A stretch of 51,137 nt of DNA, taken from the NCBI GenBank assembly GCA_038234475.1, contig JBBQTX010000001.1:1-51137 (forward strand), read 5' to 3'. The translations under genes were made by a program, and so were the position numbers. Below are positions 22,367 through 31,600 of this stretch, in pieces. The notes under the pieces are model-generated. The model saw only the letters and a list, made by a program, of their open reading frames with translations. It searched no databases and was not told where the DNA came from. Source of the stretch: Caulobacterales bacterium. GTDB taxonomy: Bacteria; Pseudomonadota; Alphaproteobacteria; Caulobacterales; Caulobacteraceae. The stretch's first letter is position 1, and each line of letters opens with the position of its first letter.

Positions 22367-23346
22367 GGATGGACCGCCGGACCCGCCAAGGCATGGCGCT
22401 GTTGACCGTGCTCCTGCTGGTCGCGGTGATGTCGGTCGTGGCGGTGGCGGTGCTGGACGATGTGCGCTTTTCGGTGCGGCGGACGGTGAACGCCGAAACC
22501 CACGCCCAGGCACAGTGGTACGCCGACGGTGCCGAAACGCTCGTCCGGCTCCGCATCGCGCAGCTGACGGTCGCGAACCCCGACCGGACCCCGCTTCAGC
22601 CGGAATGGAACGGCCGTGCCATCGAACTGCCGATCGAGGGCGGGCAGCTAAGGGCGATCGTGCGCGACGGCCAGGCCTGTTTCAATCTGAACAGTGTGGT
22701 CACCTGGACCGGCGACCGCTTCGCTGCCCGGGCGGCCGGCGAGACCCAGCTCAAACGCCTCGGGCAGGTGGTCGGGATCGAGGATGGCCGGATGGGGACC
22801 ATCGTCGACAGCCTGATCGACTGGATCGACACGGACGCGGTCGCCAAGCCGCAGGGCGCGGAGGACGGGGCTTACGCCGGACTGGCCGAGCCCTATCGCA
22901 CGGCTGGTGTCCCCCTGGCGGAGGTCTCAGAGCTGCGTGCCATCCTCGGGGTGGACGATGACGCCTATCGTCGGCTGCGGCCCCACCTCTGTGCGCTGCC
23001 TACGGACCGGTCGCCGATCAACGTCAATACCCTGACCGAGGCCGATGCGCCGCTGCTGGTCATGCTCTCGGCGGGAGACCTTGGCCTGCCAAGGGCGCGT
23101 GCGGCTCTCGCCGCCAGACCAGAAGCGGGCTGGCCCGACGCCGCCGCCTTCTGGCGGCAGCCCGCTCTGGCAGGTTTCGGGCCGCCGCCGGAAGGGCGCG
23201 AACAGGTCACCGTCCGGACCGAGTATTTCACGGTTCGAATCGACGTCGATTACGGTGGGACCCAGGCGGTGCGGACTGCCCTGATCGAGGCGCAGCCGGG
23301 CCGACCGGCGCGGACGCTGATCCAGCGCTGGACCCCCGAGGACTGA
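22363..23346 (+). CDS. gspK: Type II secretion minor pseudopilin K
   Basis: QG|MALLTVL (no E5, typical of GspK), CFNLN, DWIDTD, GAED..Y, SELR and INVNT. Confidence 0.9.
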   Translation: MRMDRRTRQGMALLTVLLLVAVMSVVAVAVLDDVRFSVRRTVNAETHAQAQWYADGAETLVRLRIAQLTVANPDRTPLQPEWNGRAIELPIEGGQLRAIVRDGQACFNLNSVVTWTGDRFAARAAGETQLKRLGQVVGIEDGRMGTIVDSLIDWIDTDAVAKPQGAEDGAYAGLAEPYRTAGVPLAEVSELRAILGVDDDAYRRLRPHLCALPTDRSPINVNTLTEADAPLLVMLSAGDLGLPRARAALAARPEAGWPDAAAFWRQPALAGFGPPPEGREQVTVRTEYFTVRIDVDYGGTQAVRTALIEAQPGRPARTLIQRWTPED

Positions 23347-23413
23347 ACGCCTGCAGGGGAGTCTGCTGTGACGACCGGCCAAGGAGAGGCATGCTTCTTG
23401 CGTCCGACTGCGG

Positions 23414-23443
23414 CTGACAGCCCGATAGAATTGGTGCTAACGT
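23414..23443 (+). promoter_or_regulatory. Possible sigma70-type promoter for the multiheme operon
   Basis: CTGACA (23414-23419), 18-nt spacer, TAACGT (23438-23443) preceded by a TG extended -10. Confidence 0.3.
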
Positions 23444-23494
23444 CGTTTGGTCAGCCGTCGCGAACGCGCGGTCGACGGGGGAGGGGACGGTGTC

Positions 23495-24886
23495 GTGACT
23501 TCAAGTCCGATCAAAGCGGATGGCGTCTCCCCGACGATCGTTTGGGCGGTTGGGCTTCTTCTCGTCGCGGTCTGCATCGTGATCGGTTTCGCCTTGCCCA
23601 CACAGGCGTCCGCCACGGCGACCGGTGTGAACGAAGGTGTCGCCTCCTGCGCCGGATCGACCTGTCACGGTCGTCAGGCGCCGACCGGGGCGGTGGTCCG
23701 GCAGAACGAGCTGGTGAGTTGGCAGGATCCCAGCGGTTCGGGCGGATCACACAGCCGGGCATGGCGCACCCTGACCTATCCGCGGGCGCAGGCCATCGCC
23801 AACCGGCTGGGACTGGGCCCGGCCCAGAATGCGCCCTCCTGTCTGGGGTGCCACGCCGAATCCACGCCGGGCGGACGGGGCGCGAGGTTCCAGATATCGG
23901 ACGGCGTCGGCTGCGAAAGCTGCCATGGTCCCTCGCAGGGCTGGCTGGCCAGCCACTACACGGTCGATGTCAGCCACGCCGCCAATGTGGCGCGGGGCAT
24001 GACGGCGCTGGAAGACCCGGTCGTTCGCGCCAACGTCTGTCTCGACTGCCACTGGGGCAGCGACAAACCCAACCAGTTCGTGACCCACGCCATGATGAGC
24101 GCCGGTCATCCGCGGCTGTCATTCGAGCTTGAGCTGTTTACGGCCTTCCAGCAGCATCACGACGTCGATGCCGATTATGTCCAGCGCAAGGCGACCATGG
24201 ATTCGGCGCGGACCTGGGCGATCGGTCAGGCCATCGCTCTGGAACGCATCCTGACGGTCTATGGCGAGAGCGGGCGGAGCCAGAACGGGGTCTTTCCGGA
24301 GCTCTACTTCTTCGACTGTCACAGCTGCCACCGCCCGATTTCGGACGAGCCGGGGGCACCGCTGCTGGTCGAAACCAATCCCGAGCGGCCGATCCCGGTC
24401 GGCACCCCGCCGTTCAACGATGAGAATATGTTGATGCTCTCAGCTGCGGCGCGCACGGCGCCAGCGGCGGTGGCAGAGAGGTTCCGGGCCGATTCCCGTG
24501 CCTTCCACCAGGCCCTCGGCTCGGATCGCGCCGGAGCGATCATGGCGGCCGCGCGTCTGGCGGAAACCTCGCGCCAGCTGTCGCGCAGCTTTGCCGCCAG
24601 CCCGTTCAGCCGGGCCGACACCCTTTCCATCCTTGAAGATGTGCTCGGCGACGCCCTGTCGCCCCGATATACGGACTATTCCGGTGGCACCCAGGCGGTC
24701 ATGGCCGTCGACACCCTGCTGAACGCCTTGGTGGCCCAGGGTCAGGTCGACGGGGCGGCGGTTCGGGCCATACGGCCCCAGATCGATCGTGCCTATGCCG
24801 CCGTCCGTGACCCCAACCGCTTTCGGCCACAGGACTTCCGGCGGGCGATGCGCGGGATAGCCACCTCCGTGCAAAGGCTGCGCTGA
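23495..24886 (+). CDS. Exported multiheme cytochrome c, c554/c552-like N-terminal domain (4 CxxCH + 1 Cx4CH)
   Basis: CAGSTCH, CLGCH, GVGCESCHG, CLDCH, CHSCH; hydrophobic N-terminus; GGAGG before GTG 23495 (ORF open from 23447). Confidence 0.85.
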   Translation: MTSSPIKADGVSPTIVWAVGLLLVAVCIVIGFALPTQASATATGVNEGVASCAGSTCHGRQAPTGAVVRQNELVSWQDPSGSGGSHSRAWRTLTYPRAQAIANRLGLGPAQNAPSCLGCHAESTPGGRGARFQISDGVGCESCHGPSQGWLASHYTVDVSHAANVARGMTALEDPVVRANVCLDCHWGSDKPNQFVTHAMMSAGHPRLSFELELFTAFQQHHDVDADYVQRKATMDSARTWAIGQAIALERILTVYGESGRSQNGVFPELYFFDCHSCHRPISDEPGAPLLVETNPERPIPVGTPPFNDENMLMLSAAARTAPAAVAERFRADSRAFHQALGSDRAGAIMAAARLAETSRQLSRSFAASPFSRADTLSILEDVLGDALSPRYTDYSGGTQAVMAVDTLLNALVAQGQVDGAAVRAIRPQIDRAYAAVRDPNRFRPQDFRRAMRGIATSVQRLR

Positions 24887-26856
24887 TGGTCCGGCGAGCC
24901 TTGCTGATCCTCGGCGCGGCGGCCGGACTGGCGCTGGCCGGCTGCGGTGGCGGCGGAGGTAGTCCCGCCGGTGGCGGAGGGGGCGGTGGCGGTGGCGGGG
25001 GCGGCGGTGGAAGCGCGTCCCTCTACTCTGTACCCGCCGCCGAAGCCCTGTCAGTCGCCGACGTCGAGGCCGTGCTGGCCCGCGCGGTCGGTGAGGCAAG
25101 GGCGCGAGCCCGACCGTCGGTGATCGCGGTCACCGACCGGGTCGGCAATGTCCTGGCCATCTATTCGATGACCGGCGCGCCGGCGAGCGTCACCCTGCGC
25201 CCCGGTGCCACGGTCGACGTCGACCTCCAGGGCGTGGTCGCCCCGGCCGCTGCGGCGGCGATCGCCAAGGCCGTGACCGGGGCCTATCTGTCATCGGGCG
25301 GCAACGCCTTCTCCAGCCGCACCGCCAGCATGATCGTGCAGCAGCATTTCCCGCCGGCGCCCTCGACGATCGGGCTGGAGAGCGGTCCGCTGTTCGGCGT
25401 CCAGATCAGCCAGTTGCCCTGTTCCGACATCTCGCGCCGCTTCGTTGCGGGCGGCGGCCCGTCGGCCCGGATCGGACCCAAGCGTTCGCCCCTGGGCCTG
25501 TCGGCCGATCCGGGTGGGTTTCCGCTTTACAAGAACGGAGTCCTCGTCGGTGGCGTCGGCGTGGTCGCTGAGGGCGACTATGGCTTCGACACCAATGTTC
25601 TGGACGTCGACGCGGACGTCGAGGAGATCATCGCCCTGGCCGGTGGCACGGGGCTGGAGCCTGCGGTGGAGATTCGCGCCGAACGGGTCACGGTCGACGG
25701 AACCACGCTTCGCTACAGCGACGCCACCGGTGCCGCCCTCATGAGCAACCCGTCCACGGCGCCGGCGCTGAGTACGCTGCCGGTCGGCACCGGAGTCTTC
25801 ACCCCGGTGGCCGGCTATTACGCGGGCGGCGGGGCGATGGCCGGACAGGCCTATGGCTCCGAAGCCTCCGGCATCCGCGCCGCGACGCCGGGCGAGTTCA
25901 ACAATGTCGACGCCTTCATCCTGACCGACGGCAGCGGCACGCCGCGTTTCCCGATCCGAGCCGGCAGCGATGCCGGGAGTGTGACCACGCCGTTGAGCGT
26001 GGCCGAGACGCGGGCCCTGCTGGAAGAGGCCTTCACCATCATGAGCCGGGCCCGGGCACAGATCCGCCGCCCACTCGACAGCCGGGCCCAGGTCTCGATC
26101 GCGGTTGTCGATACAAATGGCGTCCCTCTGGGCATTGTCCGCTCGCCGGACGCGCCCCTGTTCGGCATCGACGTGGCGGTCCAGAAGGCGCGCACGGCCA
26201 ATTTCCTGTCCGGTCCGTTCGCGGCGTCGGACCTGGGCGGCGATCCCTCTGCCGATGTCAGGGCCTTTGTCGGCGACACGCGGACCTTTCTGTCGATGCC
26301 CACCGCGCTCACCGGCCAGACCGCGTTCAGCGTTCGCGGCACCGGCAATCTGTCGCGTCCTTATTTCCCGGACGGCGAGATCGGCACGCCGAACGGACCG
26401 CTGTCGCGTCCGATCAGCCTGTGGAGCCCGTTTTCGACCGGGCTTCAGACCGCCCTCGTGCTGTCGAACCTCGGTCAGCACCTGGCGTTCGTGAACGGCG
26501 GCGGACCCGATACGGCCACAAGGTGCAGCGCCCTGCCGGACGCCGCGCCGGGTCAGAACCGGCTGCAGAACGGTCTGCAGATATTTCCCGGCGGCGTGCC
26601 CATCTATCGCGGCAACCAGCTGATCGGCGCGATCGGGGTGTCCGGCGACGGCATCGACCAGGACGACATGATCTCCTTCCTCGGCCTTCGGAACGCCGCT
26701 CTGCGAGTGGGCGGGATCAGCCAGGCCCCCGCCGCCATCCGGTCGGACCAGATCCTGGTAACCCAGGCGGGGCGTTCGACCCGGCTGCGCTACGTCAGCT
26801 GCCCGTTCGCGCCCTTCCTGGACTCCTCGCAACAGAATGTGTGCAGTGCGCCGTGA
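24886..26856 (+). CDS. Lipoprotein with two GlcG/HbpS-like (heme-binding) domains
   Basis: LAGC lipobox and poly-Gly tether; two copies of IAV(T/V)D..G / A..KA.T / PGG.P.Y..G/N...G.(I/V)GV. Confidence 0.75.
   Translation: MVRRALLILGAAAGLALAGCGGGGGSPAGGGGGGGGGGGGGGSASLYSVPAAEALSVADVEAVLARAVGEARARARPSVIAVTDRVGNVLAIYSMTGAPASVTLRPGATVDVDLQGVVAPAAAAAIAKAVTGAYLSSGGNAFSSRTASMIVQQHFPPAPSTIGLESGPLFGVQISQLPCSDISRRFVAGGGPSARIGPKRSPLGLSADPGGFPLYKNGVLVGGVGVVAEGDYGFDTNVLDVDADVEEIIALAGGTGLEPAVEIRAERVTVDGTTLRYSDATGAALMSNPSTAPALSTLPVGTGVFTPVAGYYAGGGAMAGQAYGSEASGIRAATPGEFNNVDAFILTDGSGTPRFPIRAGSDAGSVTTPLSVAETRALLEEAFTIMSRARAQIRRPLDSRAQVSIAVVDTNGVPLGIVRSPDAPLFGIDVAVQKARTANFLSGPFAASDLGGDPSADVRAFVGDTRTFLSMPTALTGQTAFSVRGTGNLSRPYFPDGEIGTPNGPLSRPISLWSPFSTGLQTALVLSNLGQHLAFVNGGGPDTATRCSALPDAAPGQNRLQNGLQIFPGGVPIYRGNQLIGAIGVSGDGIDQDDMISFLGLRNAALRVGGISQAPAAIRSDQILVTQAGRSTRLRYVSCPFAPFLDSSQQNVCSAP
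24946..25011 (+). repeat. Poly-glycine tract (G5-SPA-G14) after the lipidated Cys
   Basis: GGN codons of all four types, so the repeat is at the protein level. Confidence 0.9.
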
Positions 26857-28658
26857 GGTCGGTCAGCTGGCCAGCCATGCTCGTCGCCAGCCTAGGTTGC
26901 ATGGCGGCTTCGACCGCAGTCGCGCAGGCCCCGCCGCCGGCGGGCGAACCCGAGGCCGCCCAAGACCCTGAGGCCCCGGTCGTCCGGCGCCGGCCGGGTC
27001 GGATCGAGACCTATCCGGATCCGGTCACCCAGGACAATCCGGGGGCCGTGCGCGCGCCACCGCCGGAGGCCTTTCCCGCCGATCACCTGCCGATCCCGGA
27101 CCGCTGGCGACTGGTCGAGACCATCGGCGTCAACGAGCGCTGGTTCGACCCCTATAATCAGAACACCCTGAAGGGCGACCGGCCGCTGCCGGGTCACGAG
27201 AGCCTCTTCGTTGTCGTCGCCGCAGTGTCGGACACGGTGATCGAGCCGCGCTCCCTGCCGCTGCCGGTGGGCGTGCAGACCACGCAGAACCCTGGCAGCC
27301 TGGATGTGTTCGGCCGCTCCAACAGCCTGATCCTGTCGCAGACCTTTCTCGCGGCGGTGTCGCTGATCGAGGGATCGACGGCGTTCAAGCCGCCGGATTT
27401 CGAGGTCCGCCTGGCCCTCGCCTTCAACTACAGCGATGTCGATGTGCCGGAACGGCGGATCCTGTCGGTGCAGCCGTCGTCGAACCCGGAACGCCAGGAC
27501 TATTTCCTCGGCGTCCAGGAAGCCTTCTTCGACTACCACCTGCGCAATGTGTCGGAGCGGTACGACTTCGACTCGGTTCGCGTCGGCATCCAGCCCTTCA
27601 CTTCGGATTTCCGGGGCTTCCTGTTCCAGGACAACCAGTTGGGCGTCCGGCTGTTCGGAACGCGAGACAACAACCGCTACCAATACAATCTCGGTCTGTT
27701 CACCCGTCTGGAGAAGGACACCAACTCCGGCCTGAACGACATCACCCAGTCGATCCGCGACGACCAGATTTGGTTGGCCAATCTGTACCGGCAGGACCTG
27801 CCGGTTCCCGGCCTGACGTCGCAATGGACGGTCGTCTACAATCGCAACCGCGAGGCGGGCGATATCCACATCGACGACAACGGCTTCCCGGCGCGTCCGG
27901 CGCTGATCGGCGATTTGCGCGGCCGGGACTATGACGTCGCCTATCTGGGCTACAGCACCGACGGGCGGATCGGCTGGCTGAACCTGACCGCCTCGGCCTA
28001 TGCGGCGCTGGGCGAGGACCGCAACAGCATCTTTACCGGCCAGCCCGCCGACATCCGCGCCTGGTTCCTGGCCGCAGAGCCGTCGATCGATGTCGATTGG
28101 ATGCGGTTCCGGGCCTCGGCTCTCTACGCTTCCGGTGACCCGGACCCCTATGACGATGTCGAGGAAGGCTTCGACGCCATCTTCGAGAACCCGCAGTTCG
28201 CCGGGGCCGACACCAGCTACTGGATCCGCCAGTCCATCCCCTTCGCCGGCGGCGGACGGGCCATCGGCGTCAACGGCCGCAACGGCGTGCTGAACTCGCT
28301 GCGATCCTCCAAGGAGGAGGGGCAGTCCAACTTCAACAATCCGGGGACGATACTGGTCGGTTTCGGGACCGATCTGGATTTGACGCCGGAGTTGAGGGTC
28401 AGCGCCAACGTCAATCACCTGTGGTTCGCCGATACGGCGGTGGTCCAGGCGCTGCGTCAGGAAGGGTCCATCCCCAAGGAACTGGGTCTGGATATTTCGG
28501 TGTCAACGATCTGGCGACCTCTGATGACGCAGAATGTGGTGCTGCGGGCGTCGGCGGCGGTGTTCGAACCGGGAAACGGATTCGGCGACCTGTTTGTGGC
28601 GAACAATCAGGACGACCGGTTCTATTCTGTTCTAATGAACATTGTTCTGAGTTTCTGA
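26853..28658 (+). CDS. Probable outer-membrane beta-barrel protein
   Basis: Signal peptide (..STAVA|QA), Pro-rich linker, many alternating aromatic/hydrophobic strands, C-terminal Phe; GTG start overlaps the upstream TGA. Confidence 0.7.
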   Translation: MRSVSWPAMLVASLGCMAASTAVAQAPPPAGEPEAAQDPEAPVVRRRPGRIETYPDPVTQDNPGAVRAPPPEAFPADHLPIPDRWRLVETIGVNERWFDPYNQNTLKGDRPLPGHESLFVVVAAVSDTVIEPRSLPLPVGVQTTQNPGSLDVFGRSNSLILSQTFLAAVSLIEGSTAFKPPDFEVRLALAFNYSDVDVPERRILSVQPSSNPERQDYFLGVQEAFFDYHLRNVSERYDFDSVRVGIQPFTSDFRGFLFQDNQLGVRLFGTRDNNRYQYNLGLFTRLEKDTNSGLNDITQSIRDDQIWLANLYRQDLPVPGLTSQWTVVYNRNREAGDIHIDDNGFPARPALIGDLRGRDYDVAYLGYSTDGRIGWLNLTASAYAALGEDRNSIFTGQPADIRAWFLAAEPSIDVDWMRFRASALYASGDPDPYDDVEEGFDAIFENPQFAGADTSYWIRQSIPFAGGGRAIGVNGRNGVLNSLRSSKEEGQSNFNNPGTILVGFGTDLDLTPELRVSANVNHLWFADTAVVQALRQEGSIPKELGLDISVSTIWRPLMTQNVVLRASAAVFEPGNGFGDLFVANNQDDRFYSVLMNIVLSF

Positions 28659-28665
28659 GGGGCGA

Positions 28666-31600
28666 ATGAAGGACCGGGCGGGCAAACGGTTGGCGATCAG
28701 GGTGATGGGCTTGCTCATGCTCGCCCTCGCTTGGCCGATGTCCGGCGTCGCCGACGACTACGAGGTCCCGGTCGCGCGCCAGTATGTCGCCACCCCCGCC
28801 GCGCCGCGCGGCCAGACGCCGGATCAGGCCGCAGCGAAGAGCGCCGGCTGCATCAGCTGTCACAGCCCGGTCGATGCTCCCAGCATGCACGCTTCGCCGG
28901 CGGTGGTGCTGGGCTGTGTCGACTGCCATGGCGGCGACGCCTCGGCCGCCGCGCCGACAGGCTTCGGCAAGGGGACGCCTGAATACACCGCCGTCCGCGA
29001 CCGGGCCCATGTGCTGCCGCGCTATCCGAAGAGCTGGCATTTCCCCAGTTCTGCCAATCCGGAGCGGACCTATACCTTGCTGAACCGCGAGGCACCGGAG
29101 TTCATCCGCTTCGTCAATCCCGGCGACTACCGGGTGGCGAGGCAGGCCTGCGGCAGCTGTCACATCGACCTGATCGAGAAGGCGGAGCGGTCGCTCATGG
29201 CGACAGGGGCCATGTTCTTCGGCGGTGCCTCCTACAACAACGGAATCCTGCCCTTCAAGAACTACATCATCGGTGAGGCTTACACGCCCGATGGACAGCC
29301 GGCTCGGCTGCTGTCGCCGGGTTTCCCGCCGGGCACGGTGACCGAGATGGAAGCCGCCCGCGGTGCGATCGGCACCCTCTATCCGATCCCGACGTGGCAG
29401 GTTACGCCGCCGGGCGACATCTTCCGGGTGTTCGAGCGTGGCGGGCGCAATATCGCCACCCAATTCCCAGAGGTCGGCCTGCCCAGCCCGACGGGCCAGA
29501 TCCAGCGGCTGGAGGAGCCCGGGCGGCCCGACTTCCGCCAGTCATCGCGTGGACCGGGCACCGGCCTGCGTATCGCCGTGCCGATTCTGAACATCCACAA
29601 GACGCGGCTGAACGATCCCTACACCTGGTTCATGGGCACCAATGACCAGCCGGGCGACTATCGCTCCTCGGGCTGTTCGTCCTGCCACGTCGTCTACGCC
29701 AACGACCGCGAACCCCGGCACAGTCTTGGCTATTCGCAGCACGGTCGCGACGGGCAGACGGCGACTGTCGATCCGACCATCGACCGCGAGGAATCGGGCC
29801 ACCCGATCCGGCACGCCTTTACCCGCGCCATCCCGACGTCGCAGTGCATGAACTGTCACATGCACCAGCCGAACATGTTCCTGAACAGCTACCTCGGCTA
29901 TACCATGTGGGACTATGAGTCCGACGCCCCGACGATGTGGCCGGAGCAGCAGCGCTATCCGACCGCCGCGGAAATGCGCGAGGTTCTGGACCGCAACCCC
30001 GAGGGCGCCGCGCCGCGCGGCAACTGGGCCGATCTGGACTTCCTGCGCGCGGTCAATGACCTGAACCCGACGCTGCAGGACACCCAGTTCGCCGACTATC
30101 ACGGCCATGGGTGGAATTTTCGCGGCGTGTTCAAGCGCGACCGCGAGGGCAATCTGCTGGACGCCGACGGTGGCGTCGTCTCGCCGGATGACCCCGAACG
30201 CTGGCGCCGGGAAGGCGAGGGCCAGTTCGTGCCGCCGGGCACCAACCCGGGCAAGACGGTCCATATGATGGACATCCACGCCGAGAAGGGCCTGCAGTGC
30301 GCCGACTGCCATTTCTCGCAGGACAATCATGGCTCGGGCCTGATCAGGGGCGTGGTGGCCGCGGCGGTCGAGATCGACTGCAAGGACTGCCACGGTTCGT
30401 CCCGTGCCTATCCGACCCTGCGCACTTCGGGTCCGGCGGCGCCGCCGGAGGGCACCGATCTGAGCCTGCTGCGCAACGCCGACGGTCAGCGTCGCTTCGA
30501 ATGGATCGAGCGTGACAATCGCCGGGTGCTGATCCAGCGCTCGATCGTCGATCCGACCCTGGAGTGGGAGGTCGATCTGGTGCGCGACTCGGTCGACCGT
30601 TCCAGTCCCGAGTTCAACCCGGCGGCGGCACGGGCCAAGCTGATGTCGAGGTCGCGGGCCGGTCAGCAGGCCTTTTCGTGGGGCCCCGGCGTCGAGACCA
30701 CCGATCTCGCCCACAACGACGATGAGATGGCCTGCTACACCTGCCATACGTCATGGACGCCGTCGTGCGGCGGCTGTCATCTCCCGGTGGAGGCAAACTG
30801 GCAGGCCAAGAGCCACAGGGCCGAGGGCGGCACGACGCGCAACTATGCCACCTACAATCCGCAGGTCGCGCGCGACGACATGTTCCAGCTGGGCCGCCAC
30901 CAGACCACGCGTGGCGGCGTCATCGCGCCGGTCCGCTCCTCGTCGGCGCTGATTCTGTCTTCGACCAACATCAATCGCGAACGGATCTACGTTCAGCAGC
31001 CGCCGATCTCGTCCGTGGGCTTTTCCAGCCAGGCCTTCGCGCCGCATTTCCCGCACACGGTGCGCCGGACAGAGACCAAGACCTGCAGTGACTGCCACGT
31101 GTCGGAGAAGGAGGACAACAACGCCATCATGGCGCAGTTGCTGACGCTCGGCACCAACTCGGTCAACTTCATCGGCATGCACGCGTGGCTGGGTCTGGAG
31201 GGCGGCATCGAGGCGGTCCGGGTGACCGAATGGGACGAGCCCCAAGCGGTGTTCGGCTCCTATCTGCAGCGCTACGCCTATCCCGACTTCTTCGCCCAGC
31301 ACGTCGAACGGAACGGCCGCGAACTGGTCAACTGGACACGAGGCGAGGCGTTCGACCTGGAGGCCGGGGGCAGCGGTGACACACGTTCGGTCGAGGAAAT
31401 CGCGAACACCGTCCAGAGGACGGGCGGCCAGGCGCGCTGTCTGCAGCTGCGTGGTGAATACATGTTCGTCGCCGAGGGCCGGGGCGGGTTCCGGGTCTAT
31501 GACGTGGCCTCGATCGGCAACAAGGGCGTGTCGGATCGGATCATCACCGCGCCATTCTCGCCGCTGGGCAACGATACCCACGTCGCCTCAAGCAACGCGA

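Noticed and set aside
24946-25011. G-rich tract as a phase-variable repeat or G-quadruplex
   Set aside because: Mixed Gly codons in frame are fully explained by a protein linker
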